This document shows, in pieces, positions 23,115 to 32,000 of a stretch of DNA of 32,000 nucleotides (position 1 is its first letter; every line of letters begins with the position of its first letter). This DNA comes from Aliivibrio fischeri ES114. Its GTDB lineage: Bacteria; Pseudomonadota; Gammaproteobacteria; Enterobacterales; Vibrionaceae. A program made the position numbers and the translations under genes. The stretch is taken from the NCBI RefSeq assembly GCF_000011805.1, contig NC_006840.2; one strand, 5' to 3'. Under the pieces are notes generated by a model. The model had not been told where the DNA came from and did not search any database. It was given only the letters and a program-made list of their open reading frames with translations.

Positions 23115-24411
23115 TCCAAGATCCTTTTTTCCATTGGTACTTTCCATCTTGGAAGTAGGGATTACTTTCTGCATGGAATTCAAGAGAGATATCACCAACA
23201 ATAGTACTAATACCTCCACTAACATCATAAATAACACCACCTTTTGGTGCTGAAGAGTAAAACATGATGCTAGTGGTTGTAGGTTCTACAAACTCTGAAA
23301 GAGCTGAACTTGCAGTGCTACCATGTGATTTATTCCAATAATTACTTATATTGTTAGCAACTATTGAATTTGACATATCAACAATATGATATGTTGTGCC
23401 TTTAAAATTCATCGCGCCAAATAAGGCAAAGGCCCCATCTTGTATAACAAGTATTTGTGAATCATTTGACTGTAAATCTAGAGGGCTATTGATATAGCAG
23501 TGGCCATGTAGCCATAACCCTTTATTCTTATTTGTGCCTGTAAAATGATTATTTATTTCTTGTGAGCAACTGGTCGCTGAGGTTATTTTTTTATAAACAA
23601 ACTCTTCTGTGTTTTGAGATACCTTGAGAATATTTTCTGTATTTTTTGGTAAATTGAAAAGGTTATAAAAAGGATCTAAATTAAGATCAGGAACGAAATC
23701 ATTTTTAAATGGTAATGGGTTACTCTCTCCTGGAAGAATATCATGAGCATTAATTGTTTCTATGGTGTCAGAACCATTCGTTGTTTTGGATATAATTGTC
23801 TTATAATCACTATGGCAATTACCATTGAACCCATCAAATGGTCCATTAGGCATAGGGTCACTTACTTCTAATCCGTTTGTGCGGGAAGATGAACCATGTG
23901 TAGAATTATGCTTGAAAGTGATGCTATTAGAAAAAGCAACGCTTACGCATTTATAATTATTACCACTCACTTTTTCATTTAATGCATCAGGTCTAATAGC
24001 AACAGTTCCTATAAACTTTAAATCACCAACAGTTTGAATGCTTCCATTACCTATTGAACTATTTGCTATAAATGACTTTTGTATAGTTTGGTTTGATGAC
24101 GTGGTTTCTGCTGTATATATTTTATCATTTAGCTCGACCTTAAATGACTCAATGGGTTGAGCATAAATATCACATTCGCTTGGAGTACTTGTTAGTATTG
24201 GAGAGATGTTTTTTGTTATTAAGTTAGATAATAAGCATTCGATTGCACCCTCAGCTCTCCAGTGCCCTTGTTTTGCTAATACTTCGTTTTGCGCTCTTTT
24301 GATTTGATAAAAAGTACTTTTATATGTACCCAAAGATAAAATTAAAGCGGCGAGGATTAGTAGTGATGTCATTATTAGAACAACTGCACCTTTTTCACTC
24401 TTTGTCTTCAT
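23104..24411 (-). CDS. Large PilX-like pilus assembly protein
   Basis: 435 aa, MKTKSEKGAVVLIMTSLLILAALILSLGTYKSTFYQIKRAQNEVLAKQGHWRAEGAIECLL; sits between pilW-like and pilV-like genes. Confidence 0.6.
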   Translation of the reverse strand: MKTKSEKGAVVLIMTSLLILAALILSLGTYKSTFYQIKRAQNEVLAKQGHWRAEGAIECLLSNLITKNISPILTSTPSECDIYAQPIESFKVELNDKIYTAETTSSNQTIQKSFIANSSIGNGSIQTVGDLKFIGTVAIRPDALNEKVSGNNYKCVSVAFSNSITFKHNSTHGSSSRTNGLEVSDPMPNGPFDGFNGNCHSDYKTIISKTTNGSDTIETINAHDILPGESNPLPFKNDFVPDLNLDPFYNLFNLPKNTENILKVSQNTEEFVYKKITSATSCSQEINNHFTGTNKNKGLWLHGHCYINSPLDLQSNDSQILVIQDGAFALFGAMNFKGTTYHIVDMSNSIVANNISNYWNKSHGSTASSALSEFVEPTTTSIMFYSSAPKGGVIYDVSGGISTIVGDISLEFHAESNPYFQDGKYQWKKGSWNDL

Positions 24412-25031
24412 TATTGCCAGTTCCTTTGTTTTGCTCTGAAACTCAAACTTTTTGTCATTGTTGGTATATTCACTAATTTTGCGTCAAGTCGAACATCTAT
24501 AATGGATGACATTGCAGCGCTTGTGATTAGAGGGGTACTAACTATTGAAAAAGCAGTTACATGTATATTTTGCGAGTCAAAGAGTGAATTACAGTCACCA
24601 ACATCTGCTATTTCTTTTCGTTGAGTGATAAGCGTTTTTTCTTCGCAAACTTTTAATTTTTTATCTATAGAAGAGTATTTGTATACGATGTTTTGGTATG
24701 TTTTTTGTGCGCCAGACATTTTTCGATGATATGCAAAGCCAATGCTATCTGAGGTTATTTCAATAATATTTACTGCTCCGGATAATTTAATTGATTGTCC
24801 ATCAGCGCCATCATAACCAGCTCTTTGAATATCTTCTTTAATGATTTGCATTGTGCTAGTTAGATTTTGTGTTAATAGTAGTTCCAATCCTCGTTCTTTT
24901 GCCACACGTTGACCGTTAATAAAAATAGAACCAACAAGACTGATAGCGATAATTCCTATAAAAGATGCAATAAGAAGCTCAATCAGAGAGGCGCCTTTCT
25001 GTTTATATTTATGAACAGGAGTTATAGCCAT
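24411..25031 (-). CDS. PilW-like minor pilin
   Basis: MAITPVHKYKQKGASLIELLIASFIGIIAISLVGSIFINGQRVAKERG. Supplied ORF extends to 25055. Confidence 0.75.
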   Translation of the reverse strand: MAITPVHKYKQKGASLIELLIASFIGIIAISLVGSIFINGQRVAKERGLELLLTQNLTSTMQIIKEDIQRAGYDGADGQSIKLSGAVNIIEITSDSIGFAYHRKMSGAQKTYQNIVYKYSSIDKKLKVCEEKTLITQRKEIADVGDCNSLFDSQNIHVTAFSIVSTPLITSAAMSSIIDVRLDAKLVNIPTMTKSLSFRAKQRNWQ

Positions 25032-25524
25032 AGAGAGTTCCACTTGTATTGTCATAGCAAATTTTAATTCTGCCTGGTGGGTTAGATAGAAAAACCTTTA
25101 AGGTTTTTGTAGTGTCGGTATTTGGGTGGAAAGTAAACGAACCTGGAGCTGGTCGCCCTCGTATTCCTTCAAATTTTGTTTTTTGATATGTATATGTATG
25201 TTTTAAGGTTATACCTTTGAAGTTACTACCATCTAAATAAGCAATCATATTTCCAGAAAGAGCCGATGAATCTCTTAGTACTAAACTCCATGAGCCCACT
25301 TTATTTTCTTCTGTTTTAGGAAATGAAATATGAACCCATAAATCTTTATTTTTTAGTACGGCTTCTGATTTCGCTTGAATTAAAAAACCATTTAGTTCGG
25401 TTGCTAAACGTTCCATTTTTACGCTGTTATTTATGGTATTGAAGTTTGGAGCTGCAACAGATAATAGTATTGCTAAAACGGTAACCGTAATTAAAAGCTC
25501 TAGTAAGGTAAACCCGCGATTCAT
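25009..25524 (-). CDS. FimT/GspH-like minor pseudopilin
   Basis: MNRGFTLLELLITVTVLAILLSVAAPNFNTINNSVKMERLATELNGFLIQAKSEA. Confidence 0.82.
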   Translation of the reverse strand: MNRGFTLLELLITVTVLAILLSVAAPNFNTINNSVKMERLATELNGFLIQAKSEAVLKNKDLWVHISFPKTEENKVGSWSLVLRDSSALSGNMIAYLDGSNFKGITLKHTYTYQKTKFEGIRGRPAPGSFTFHPNTDTTKTLKVFLSNPPGRIKICYDNTSGTLYGYNSCS

Positions 25525-25621
25525 CTCTCAATTTCCTTTGTAACTTATTGATAGAGCAGCAATAACGCTTGCGTAAATTATATCAACTATTAAGAATATA
25601 AAGATGCTAGGTAGAGGATAA

Positions 25622-26059
25622 ATGGAAATGATTCTAATAAATAAATGTAACTCTAAATATAATCATACAAGAGGTATGACATTGATCGAATTAATGATTG
25701 CTATTGCAGTGATAGGTCTATTGTCTGCTATTGCTTATCCCGCATATACAAATCATATTTTAAAAGCTAATAGAATTGCAGTATTGGCAGATATTGCAAA
25801 GATTCAATTAGAAATCGAAGAAAAGTATATAAATAGTTATTCTAGTATCGCATCATCAATCATCAGCGGAGGAACCTGCTCTTTCTGTGATACGCAATTA
25901 GATAAATATACGCTGAGTTTTGAGGATTTGACCGCTACGACTTACACAATTAAAGCAGTCCCTAAAAATGAGCAACAAAATGATACTTGTGCAGGTAATA
26001 GTTATAATGAGATTACGCTAAATCAGTTTAATGTAGCGAGCCCTAGTGAGTGTTGGTAA
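25622..26059 (+). CDS. PilE-like type IV pilin
   Basis: RGMTLIELMIAIAVIGLLSAIAYPAYTNHILKANR and C-terminal cysteines; divergent from the fimT-like gene. Confidence 0.78.
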   Translation: MEMILINKCNSKYNHTRGMTLIELMIAIAVIGLLSAIAYPAYTNHILKANRIAVLADIAKIQLEIEEKYINSYSSIASSIISGGTCSFCDTQLDKYTLSFEDLTATTYTIKAVPKNEQQNDTCAGNSYNEITLNQFNVASPSECW

Positions 26060-26061
26060 AT

Positions 26062-26097
26062 AAAGGTGAGCATTTATAGTAATCGTACCCACCTTTG
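26062..26097. terminator. Possible terminator between convergent pilE-like and chrA
   Basis: AAAGGTG ... CACCTTTG stem with a weak T-run. Confidence 0.4.
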
Positions 26098-26107
26098 TAT
26101 TCATCAA

Positions 26108-27259
26108 TCACGCAACAAAAGCTAACACACCACCTGCAATAATAAAGAAGCTAACTAATCCAACTATTGGAAGTTTAGCCACTTTTAATAGTGCAAAGCC
26201 GATAAGTACTAGCGCCATATCTAAGCCAGAATTAACAGCGCTTGTGAATACTGGATCATACAACGCAGAAATTAGTAATCCCACAACCGCTGCATTAATA
26301 CCAATAATCGCTCCTGAAAGTGCTGGCTTTTTAGCAAGTACTTGCCAGTGATTAAATACACCAAGAACCAATAAGAAACCCGGTAAGAAAATAGCAACAG
26401 TGGCAATGATAGCGCCAAGTACTGGTTGCTCACTCCATAGTTCGTAGCCTAAGAAAGTAGCAAAGGTAAACATTGGACCAGGAACAGCCTGTGCAGCTGC
26501 GTAGCCAGTTAAGAAGCTATCCGTGCTAACTTGGTCGCCAACAATATTTTGTAGTAATGGTAGGACAACGTGACCGCCACCAAACACCAAACTACCAGCT
26601 TGGAAAAAGTCTGAAAATAAACCCAGTAGTGGTGAGTAACTTACAACTGTAGGTAATACAAAAAAGCATAAAGCAAAGATAATTAAAGGAAGCCAATTGA
26701 TGCCTTTTGAGTCTTGTTCAATTTGCTCTTTATCATCTGATTTTAGGTAAAAGCGTCCAATCAGTGCCGCAATAAATAATGCGAGCAATTGAGTTGTGAT
26801 AGACGGTAAAATCAGTAACAACGTTGCTGTCATTATACAAAGGAAGACGGTGAGCTTATCTTTACAGAAACTTTTATACATCCCCATAATCGCATCAGCA
26901 ACGACGACGACAGCGAGTAATTTTAAGCCGTGAATAACACCTTCAAAAACGTCATTACCAAAAAATGAGTGACTGATATTCGCAAGTAATACCATGATAA
27001 GAATAGACGGTAATGTAAAGCTAATTGAAGCTAATAAAGCCCCCAGAAGGCCTTTGCGGTGGTAACCTAATGCAAAACCTACTTGGCTTGAGCCTGGTCC
27101 TGGTAAAAATTGGCTTAATGCGATTAATTGAGCGTATTCTTCTTCACTAATCCATCCACGTTTTTGAACAAATTCATTTCTAAAGTAACCAATGTGGGCA
27201 GCTGGCCCACCAAAACTTACCCAGCCTAACAAAAAAAATCGTTTAAATATTTCAAACAT
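26108..27259 (-). CDS. chrA: Chromate transporter family protein (CHR)
   Basis: 383 aa; FLLGWVSFGGPAAHIGYFRNEFV...LSQFLPGPGSSQVGFALG...GHVVLPLL. Confidence 0.92.
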   Translation of the reverse strand: MFEIFKRFFLLGWVSFGGPAAHIGYFRNEFVQKRGWISEEEYAQLIALSQFLPGPGSSQVGFALGYHRKGLLGALLASISFTLPSILIMVLLANISHSFFGNDVFEGVIHGLKLLAVVVVADAIMGMYKSFCKDKLTVFLCIMTATLLLILPSITTQLLALFIAALIGRFYLKSDDKEQIEQDSKGINWLPLIIFALCFFVLPTVVSYSPLLGLFSDFFQAGSLVFGGGHVVLPLLQNIVGDQVSTDSFLTGYAAAQAVPGPMFTFATFLGYELWSEQPVLGAIIATVAIFLPGFLLVLGVFNHWQVLAKKPALSGAIIGINAAVVGLLISALYDPVFTSAVNSGLDMALVLIGFALLKVAKLPIVGLVSFFIIAGGVLAFVA

Positions 27260-27368
27260 AATCTACTCAGCTTTTGATGTGTGATCCAATTTTGGATATT
27301 CAATTTTGATGAGTTCAAGATTACGAGTTACTATAAAATTATTCAAATCGATTGTATTGCTATTAACT

Positions 27369-28301
27369 ATGAATGAAATTAATTGGAAGGCAGTAGACTT
27401 AAATTTATTAGTCGCTTTTAGCACTTTAATGGAAACCAAAAGTGTTTCACTCGCTGCAAATAAATTGTTTGTGGGTCAATCAGCGATGAGTCATAGTCTT
27501 TCTCGTCTGCGTGAGTTACTACATGATCCTTTGTTTGAAAGACAAGGACATCAAATGATCCCCACAGCAAAAGCGATTCAATTATATCCTTTAGTTAATA
27601 AAGTATTACAAACGATCTCTGGTGATATTTTAAAGGTGGATACGTTTGAAGCGAGTGAGTTTACCGGTACTTTTAAAATAGGGATGACGGATTATGCAGA
27701 ACTTCTTTTTGCAGCAGATATTTTTGATGCCATTCATCAATTAGCGCCAAATGCGCAACTTTGTTTTACTACGGTAGATAAAGCTAACTATCAAGATCGT
27801 TTTGATTCTGAACCATTAGATCTTGTTATTGGAAGCATGAAACCAGAATTAAAAGAATTTCAATATCAGACGTTATACACAGAAAAGCACGTATGTATGT
27901 GGGATGGACAGCGACATTTGTTTAGTTCGCCAATAACTCTTGACGATTATATTTCTTTGCCCCACGCATTAGTCAGCCCTGATGGAGCATTAAAAACAGG
28001 GGTAGATAAAGAGTTAAAAGCATTAGGAGTGGGTCGTTCTGTTAGTGTGGCCTCTAAGCATTTTTTAACCATAAGACATTTAATGAAAAAAAGAGATTTA
28101 ATTTGTGTGGTTCCTGAGTTGATGGCTCAGTTAGATCTTTTTTCTGAAAAACTGGTGCATTCCGAGCCACCAATTAATGTTGGGGAATTTGATATTCAAT
28201 TGATTTGGCAGACGAGAAATAAAGAAAATAAACGCTATCAATGGCTTAAAGAGTTACTTATTCAAACCATTGAGAAAAGCGTTGCAGTTTATAGGGCGTA
28301 G
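27369..28301 (+). CDS. LysR family transcriptional regulator, divergent from chrA
   Basis: NWKAVDLNLLVAFSTLMETKSVSLAANKLFVGQSAMSHSLSRLRELLHDPLFERQG. Supplied ORF start 27306 (TTG) is less likely. Confidence 0.9.
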   Translation: MNEINWKAVDLNLLVAFSTLMETKSVSLAANKLFVGQSAMSHSLSRLRELLHDPLFERQGHQMIPTAKAIQLYPLVNKVLQTISGDILKVDTFEASEFTGTFKIGMTDYAELLFAADIFDAIHQLAPNAQLCFTTVDKANYQDRFDSEPLDLVIGSMKPELKEFQYQTLYTEKHVCMWDGQRHLFSSPITLDDYISLPHALVSPDGALKTGVDKELKALGVGRSVSVASKHFLTIRHLMKKRDLICVVPELMAQLDLFSEKLVHSEPPINVGEFDIQLIWQTRNKENKRYQWLKELLIQTIEKSVAVYRA

Positions 28302-28319
28302 TATGAGTTTTTCTAATTT

Positions 28320-28508
28320 CTATCGCCCAAAAGCGTCTTTAATTTTTTCATCTGTTTTATATTGGCTTAGTGCATAAACAGACCAAATAGCAGCAGGGAT
28401 CCAACCAATTAATGTGATTTGTAAGATAAGACAAATAATTCCGCTAAATGGACGTCCTATCGTAAAAAACTGTAACCAAGGCAGTAATAAAGCAAGTAGT
28501 AGTCTCAT
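28320..28508 (-). CDS. Small YqaE/Pmp3-family membrane protein
   Basis: 62 aa MRLLLALLLPWLQFFTIGRPFSGIICLILQITLIGWIPAAIWSVYALSQ. Confidence 0.75.
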   Translation of the reverse strand: MRLLLALLLPWLQFFTIGRPFSGIICLILQITLIGWIPAAIWSVYALSQYKTDEKIKDAFGR

Positions 28509-28527
28509 TTCGTTTCCTATATCAATA

Positions 28528-28562
28528 AAAAATGGCCAGTAACAATTACGCTACTGGCCATA
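28528..28562 (-). terminator. Terminator of dapD
   Basis: Minus strand tatggccagtagcgtaattgttactggccattttttattg. Confidence 0.88.
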
Positions 28563-28624
28563 AGATTACCTTGGTCTTTATGAATAGAGTCTGAATACCT
28601 TATTCATATAATCCAGTTAAAAAA

Positions 28625-29656
28625 TTAGTTATTGCTGTGCAATTCGCTATTTAGTTCAACTGCTGATTTGTTCGTTAAACACTCGATTTGACCAGTGATA
28701 GAGTTACGACGGAATAGAAGATCGGTTTTACCAGCAAGATCACGAGCTTTCGCAATTTCAACTTCTTTGCCTTGATTGTCTAGCATGCTCACTTTTGTGC
28801 CAGCAGTAACATATAGGCCAGATTCAATCGTACAACGATCGCCCATTGGGAAACCAAGGCCGGCATTAGCACCAAGTAGACAGTTCTCACCAATAGAGAT
28901 AACCATTTTACCGCCGCCAGAAAGTGTACCCATGATAGAAGCACCACCGCCGATATCTGAACCATTGCCAACAACAACACCAGCAGAAATACGGCCTTCA
29001 ACCATGCTAACACCCGTAGTACCAGCGTTAAAGTTGATGAAACCTTCGTGCATAACTGTTGTGCCTTCACCTACATGAGCACCTAGGCGAACACGTGAAG
29101 TATCAGCAATACGAACACCAGTAGGAACCACGTAATCCACCATTTTAGGGAATTTATCAACGCAATCTACAGTTAGTGTTTCGCCGGCTAAACGAGCTTC
29201 GATTTGACGATCAGCAAGTTCAGGTAAATCGATTGGACCTTGGTTAGTCCAAGCAATGTTATGTAGAAGACCAAAGATACCATCTAGAACAGTACCGTGT
29301 GGTTTAACTAAACGGTTAGAGATAAGTTGAAGCTTTAAGAAACCTTCAGCAACAGATTGAGGTTGCTCATCAGTAGCTAAAACAACAAGAACTAATGGCT
29401 GTTTAGATTGAACTGCTTTTTCTGCAAATGCTGCGTTAGCAACATCACCGCTTGCTGCAAATGCGTTAGCAAGTTCAGTACAAACTTCAGAAGAAATTTC
29501 GATCGCTTGGTTGCCTTCAGCGTAACCACTTGCTTGTGCAATTGCCGAAACTAGTGCATCAGAAGGGTTAAGTACTGGGTGAGGGAAGAAAGCTTCAATA
29601 ATTTTATTGTCGCGGTTTTTTGTCGCTGTACCAAAGGCAAGAGCAAAATGAGCCAT
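28625..29656 (-). CDS. dapD: 2,3,4,5-tetrahydropyridine-2,6-dicarboxylate N-succinyltransferase, long form
   Basis: MAHFALAFGTATKNRDNKIIEAFFPHPVL... left-handed beta-helix C-terminal half. Met at 29656 is preferred over 29677. Confidence 0.93.
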   Translation of the reverse strand: MAHFALAFGTATKNRDNKIIEAFFPHPVLNPSDALVSAIAQASGYAEGNQAIEISSEVCTELANAFAASGDVANAAFAEKAVQSKQPLVLVVLATDEQPQSVAEGFLKLQLISNRLVKPHGTVLDGIFGLLHNIAWTNQGPIDLPELADRQIEARLAGETLTVDCVDKFPKMVDYVVPTGVRIADTSRVRLGAHVGEGTTVMHEGFINFNAGTTGVSMVEGRISAGVVVGNGSDIGGGASIMGTLSGGGKMVISIGENCLLGANAGLGFPMGDRCTIESGLYVTAGTKVSMLDNQGKEVEIAKARDLAGKTDLLFRRNSITGQIECLTNKSAVELNSELHSNN

Positions 29657-29828
29657 GTAATGATTCTCCATTTCCATATAAATATTAGTATTTAAAAATA
29701 AATCTTACTTCACATCATAAAGAGAGTTGCTGTGATATAGAAGAGCGAAACCATAAAACTTTGGTTAAAAATAGAAAAAGTTAAAAAAGCAGAAAGTGAA
29801 GAGCGAGTAGATGTATAGAGTACAAATA

Positions 29829-29856
29829 AAAATAGCAGCGATTAGGCTGCTATTTT
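29829..29856. terminator. Terminator of yebG
   Basis: AAAATAGCAGC-gattag-GCTGCTATTTT. Confidence 0.8.
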
Positions 29857-29873
29857 GAAAGTATTTTTAGCAA

Positions 29874-30164
29874 TTAAGCTGCGTCAGATTCTTCATCTTG
29901 AACGGCTTTTATCTTTGCTTTTTTTGGTGCTGGTTTACGTTTAGCACCTAGAGCAATTAATAGATCTTCTTTATGCTTAGCTAGGTATAAAGACATCTCT
30001 TCTTGCTTAGCTTCATCTTCAATTAATTCACTTTCACCTAGAAAAGTAAAAAGCTCATCTGCGATATCAAGCATTTTGTCATAAGCATCGGCTTCCGATT
30101 TAGAGGTAAAAGTCATCTTCTCTTCTCCGTTGCGCTCAACTACATATTTGACGATAACAGCCAT
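29874..30164 (-). CDS. yebG: YebG family protein (SOS-associated)
   Basis: 96 aa MAVIVKYVVERNGEEKMTFTSKSEADAYDKMLDIADELFTFL. Confidence 0.92.
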   Translation of the reverse strand: MAVIVKYVVERNGEEKMTFTSKSEADAYDKMLDIADELFTFLGESELIEDEAKQEEMSLYLAKHKEDLLIALGAKRKPAPKKAKIKAVQDEESDAA

Positions 30165-30187
30165 GGTCGTCTCTCCTATTTAATTAA

Positions 30188-30203
30188 CTGGTGTTTTATA
30201 CAG
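30188..30203 (-). promoter_or_regulatory. LexA box upstream of yebG
   Basis: CTGgtgttttataCAG: CTG-N10-CAG, in TAACTGGTGTTTTATACAGTAAG. Confidence 0.8.
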
Positions 30204-30294
30204 TAAGCGAGCTTATGTGTCCACTTGGAGAAACGAAAGTTAGATAAAGTTAACGTCTAACGGATAAGACAAATTTTTATTTGTAGAAAAAAAG

Positions 30295-30323
30295 TTGAGC
30301 AAGATTAATTAAAGGTGTATTTT
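30295..30323 (+). promoter_or_regulatory. Candidate aox promoter
   Basis: TTGAGC-N17-TATTTT. Confidence 0.55.
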
Positions 30324-30334
30324 AAATGCAACTT
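30312..30334 (+). promoter_or_regulatory. NsrR-type binding site over the aox -10 region
   Basis: AAGGTGTATTTTAAATGCAACTT compared with AAGATGCATTTTAAATGCATCTT. Confidence 0.75.
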
Positions 30335-30345
30335 TAATTAAAAAG

Positions 30346-30990
30346 GTGAACAGCATGTCAAATTTTGAATTGAAACATAAAGCAACGAATAAAATTTCAG
30401 AGAAGATCGCATATAAAATTACTCAATGTTTGAAGTTTCTTTTGAATATTTTTTATGGTTCAAAGTATGCTAAACGAGCTGTAATTTTAGAAACGATTGC
30501 AGCAGTACCTGGAATGGTGGCTGGCATGTTCAATCATTTGAAAGCATTACGTAGAATGAAAGACGATCAGGGATGGATTCAAGAATTACTAAGCGAAGCT
30601 GAAAATGAAAGAATGCATTTAATGATATTTCTAGACATAGCTAAGCCTCGTTGGATTGAACGTCTTTTAGTTTTGCTAGGTCAAGCTGTCTTTATTGTTG
30701 TGTATAGCTTTATTTATTTACTCTCTTCGAAAATAGCTCATCGTGTGGTTGGGTATTTTGAAGAGGAAGCGTGTAAGAGTTATACGGAATATTTAGCTAA
30801 GATTGATGAGGGGACTGTTGAAAATGAAGCCGCACCGCAAATAGCGATAGATTATTATCAATTGCCAAGTGATGCTATGTTACGTGATGTTATTCTTAAA
30901 ATTCGAAACGATGAAGCAAAACATCGAGATCGTAACCATTCATTTGCAGATGCGTATGAAACTCACGATCTTCCTGCTCACCAGCGTTAG
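30346..30990 (+). CDS. aox: Alternative oxidase (cyanide-resistant ubiquinol oxidase)
   Basis: 214 aa with diiron motifs LETIAAVPGM, LLSEAENERMHLM, FEEEACKSYTEY, IRNDEAKHRDRNH. Confidence 0.93.
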   Translation: MNSMSNFELKHKATNKISEKIAYKITQCLKFLLNIFYGSKYAKRAVILETIAAVPGMVAGMFNHLKALRRMKDDQGWIQELLSEAENERMHLMIFLDIAKPRWIERLLVLLGQAVFIVVYSFIYLLSSKIAHRVVGYFEEEACKSYTEYLAKIDEGTVENEAAPQIAIDYYQLPSDAMLRDVILKIRNDEAKHRDRNHSFADAYETHDLPAHQR

Positions 30991-31004
30991 ATATTTGTTG
31001 AGAT

Positions 31005-31026
31005 GAGGCTAAACAGCCTCATTTTT
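31005..31026 (+). terminator. Terminator of aox, overlapping the 3' end of the convergent LysR gene
   Basis: GAGGCT-aaac-AGCCTC-ATTTTT. Confidence 0.8.
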
Positions 31027-31897
31027 GTTGAATAAAGTTCATAAAATATTGCAGTAATGGCGTTTGGTATTTTTCTTTATGTACTAATAACCAATACTGT
31101 CTTGCCAATGTTTTGTTATAAGCCAATTTAACTAAGCGACCATCATTTATTGCGTTTTGTGCTGCGAGTTGAGATAAACATGCTAACCCCATATTTTCAG
31201 CACAACAATTAATGATCGCCTCAGTGGTATGAAGTTGTAATGATTCATGCCAGTCATTTAAGTTGGCGGCGATATGATTAATAAAATATTCGCGACTGCC
31301 TGAACCTTCTTCACGTAGTAACCAAGTTGAATGCTCTAAATCATCTAATGTCACTTGAGCTTTAGTCGCTAAAGGATGGGAAGGCGAGCACACTAAATAC
31401 ATGTCGTCTCGTCGCCATTCAATCATATTTAATTTTGGGTGATGTGCTTTACCTTCAACTAATCCGATATCAAGCTGAAATTCTAATAATCTATTGATGA
31501 TTTGTGCTGTGTTTGAAATAAATAGCTGCTGAATATCACATGGGTATTGTTGTTGGAATTTACTCAATAATACTGGCGCAATATGATTACCAATCGTATC
31601 ACTAGCTCCAATGTTTAATGAGCCTGTCAGCTGACTATCCGTTGCAAATTGGTGCTCAATCACTTCAGCTCGCTCTAATAGCTCATCTGCTAGAGGAAGT
31701 AATTGACGACCTTCACTATTTAATACTAAGCGGTTATTTACACGATCAAAGACTTTATAACCGAGATTTTTTTCTAATTCAGAGAGAGATAAACTTACGG
31801 CTGGTTTAGTTATATACAGTCGCTCCGCAGCTTTTGTCATGGTTTTTTCTTGTGCTATTACAGTAAAAACATTAAGTTGCTTGAGTGAAATTCTCAT
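31019..31897 (-). CDS. LysR family transcriptional regulator (YeiE/CysB-like arrangement)
   Basis: 292 aa MRISLKQLNVFTVIAQEKTMTKAAERLYITKPAVSLSLSELEKNLGYKVFDRVNNRLVLN. Confidence 0.88.
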   Translation of the reverse strand: MRISLKQLNVFTVIAQEKTMTKAAERLYITKPAVSLSLSELEKNLGYKVFDRVNNRLVLNSEGRQLLPLADELLERAEVIEHQFATDSQLTGSLNIGASDTIGNHIAPVLLSKFQQQYPCDIQQLFISNTAQIINRLLEFQLDIGLVEGKAHHPKLNMIEWRRDDMYLVCSPSHPLATKAQVTLDDLEHSTWLLREEGSGSREYFINHIAANLNDWHESLQLHTTEAIINCCAENMGLACLSQLAAQNAINDGRLVKLAYNKTLARQYWLLVHKEKYQTPLLQYFMNFIQQK

Positions 31898-32000
31898 GAC
31901 AGGAAGTCCTAAATTAATTAAAAGCTAAGTCGTTAATTTTATTTTAACGCTAGTTTTAATTTATACAAATTTTATTAATGGATTGTTCCGATTAAAATAG

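Noticed and set aside
28776-29078. ORFs 28776..29078 (+) and 28789..29070 (-) within dapD
   Set aside because: Overlap conserved dapD beta-helix coding sequence in other frames; no recognisable product.

Overview
Ordinary-looking chromosomal backbone from a Vibrionaceae-like gammaproteobacterium. Aliivibrio-type is my inference from gene order, low GC and protein sequence; no database search was possible. Left part: trmD 3' end, rplS, aroF-tyrA, an M23 peptidase, a PilZ protein, ettA, slt, trpR, yjjX, pheA, raiA, bamD, rluD, pgeF (yfiH) and clpB. Middle: a complete rRNA operon (16S-23S-5S) with no spacer tRNA, then tRNA-Asp(GTC) and tRNA-Trp(CCA). Right part: a minor type IV pilin cluster, chrA plus a divergent LysR regulator, a small YqaE/Pmp3-like protein, dapD, yebG, an alternative oxidase gene (aox) and a second LysR gene. 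I see no new multi-gene defence or mobile system. The most unusual feature is directly downstream of tRNA-Trp: an array with an exact 124-bp period. Each unit has a decaying 3' portion of the tRNA (T-arm to CCA) followed by a well-preserved, covarying hairpin terminator, architecturally reminiscent of the E. coli tyrT/rtT repeats. Several regulatory sites can be read directly: two TyrR boxes, a sigma-32 promoter, a LexA box, an NsrR-type box overlapping a -10, a CRP-like palindrome and tandem rrn promoters.
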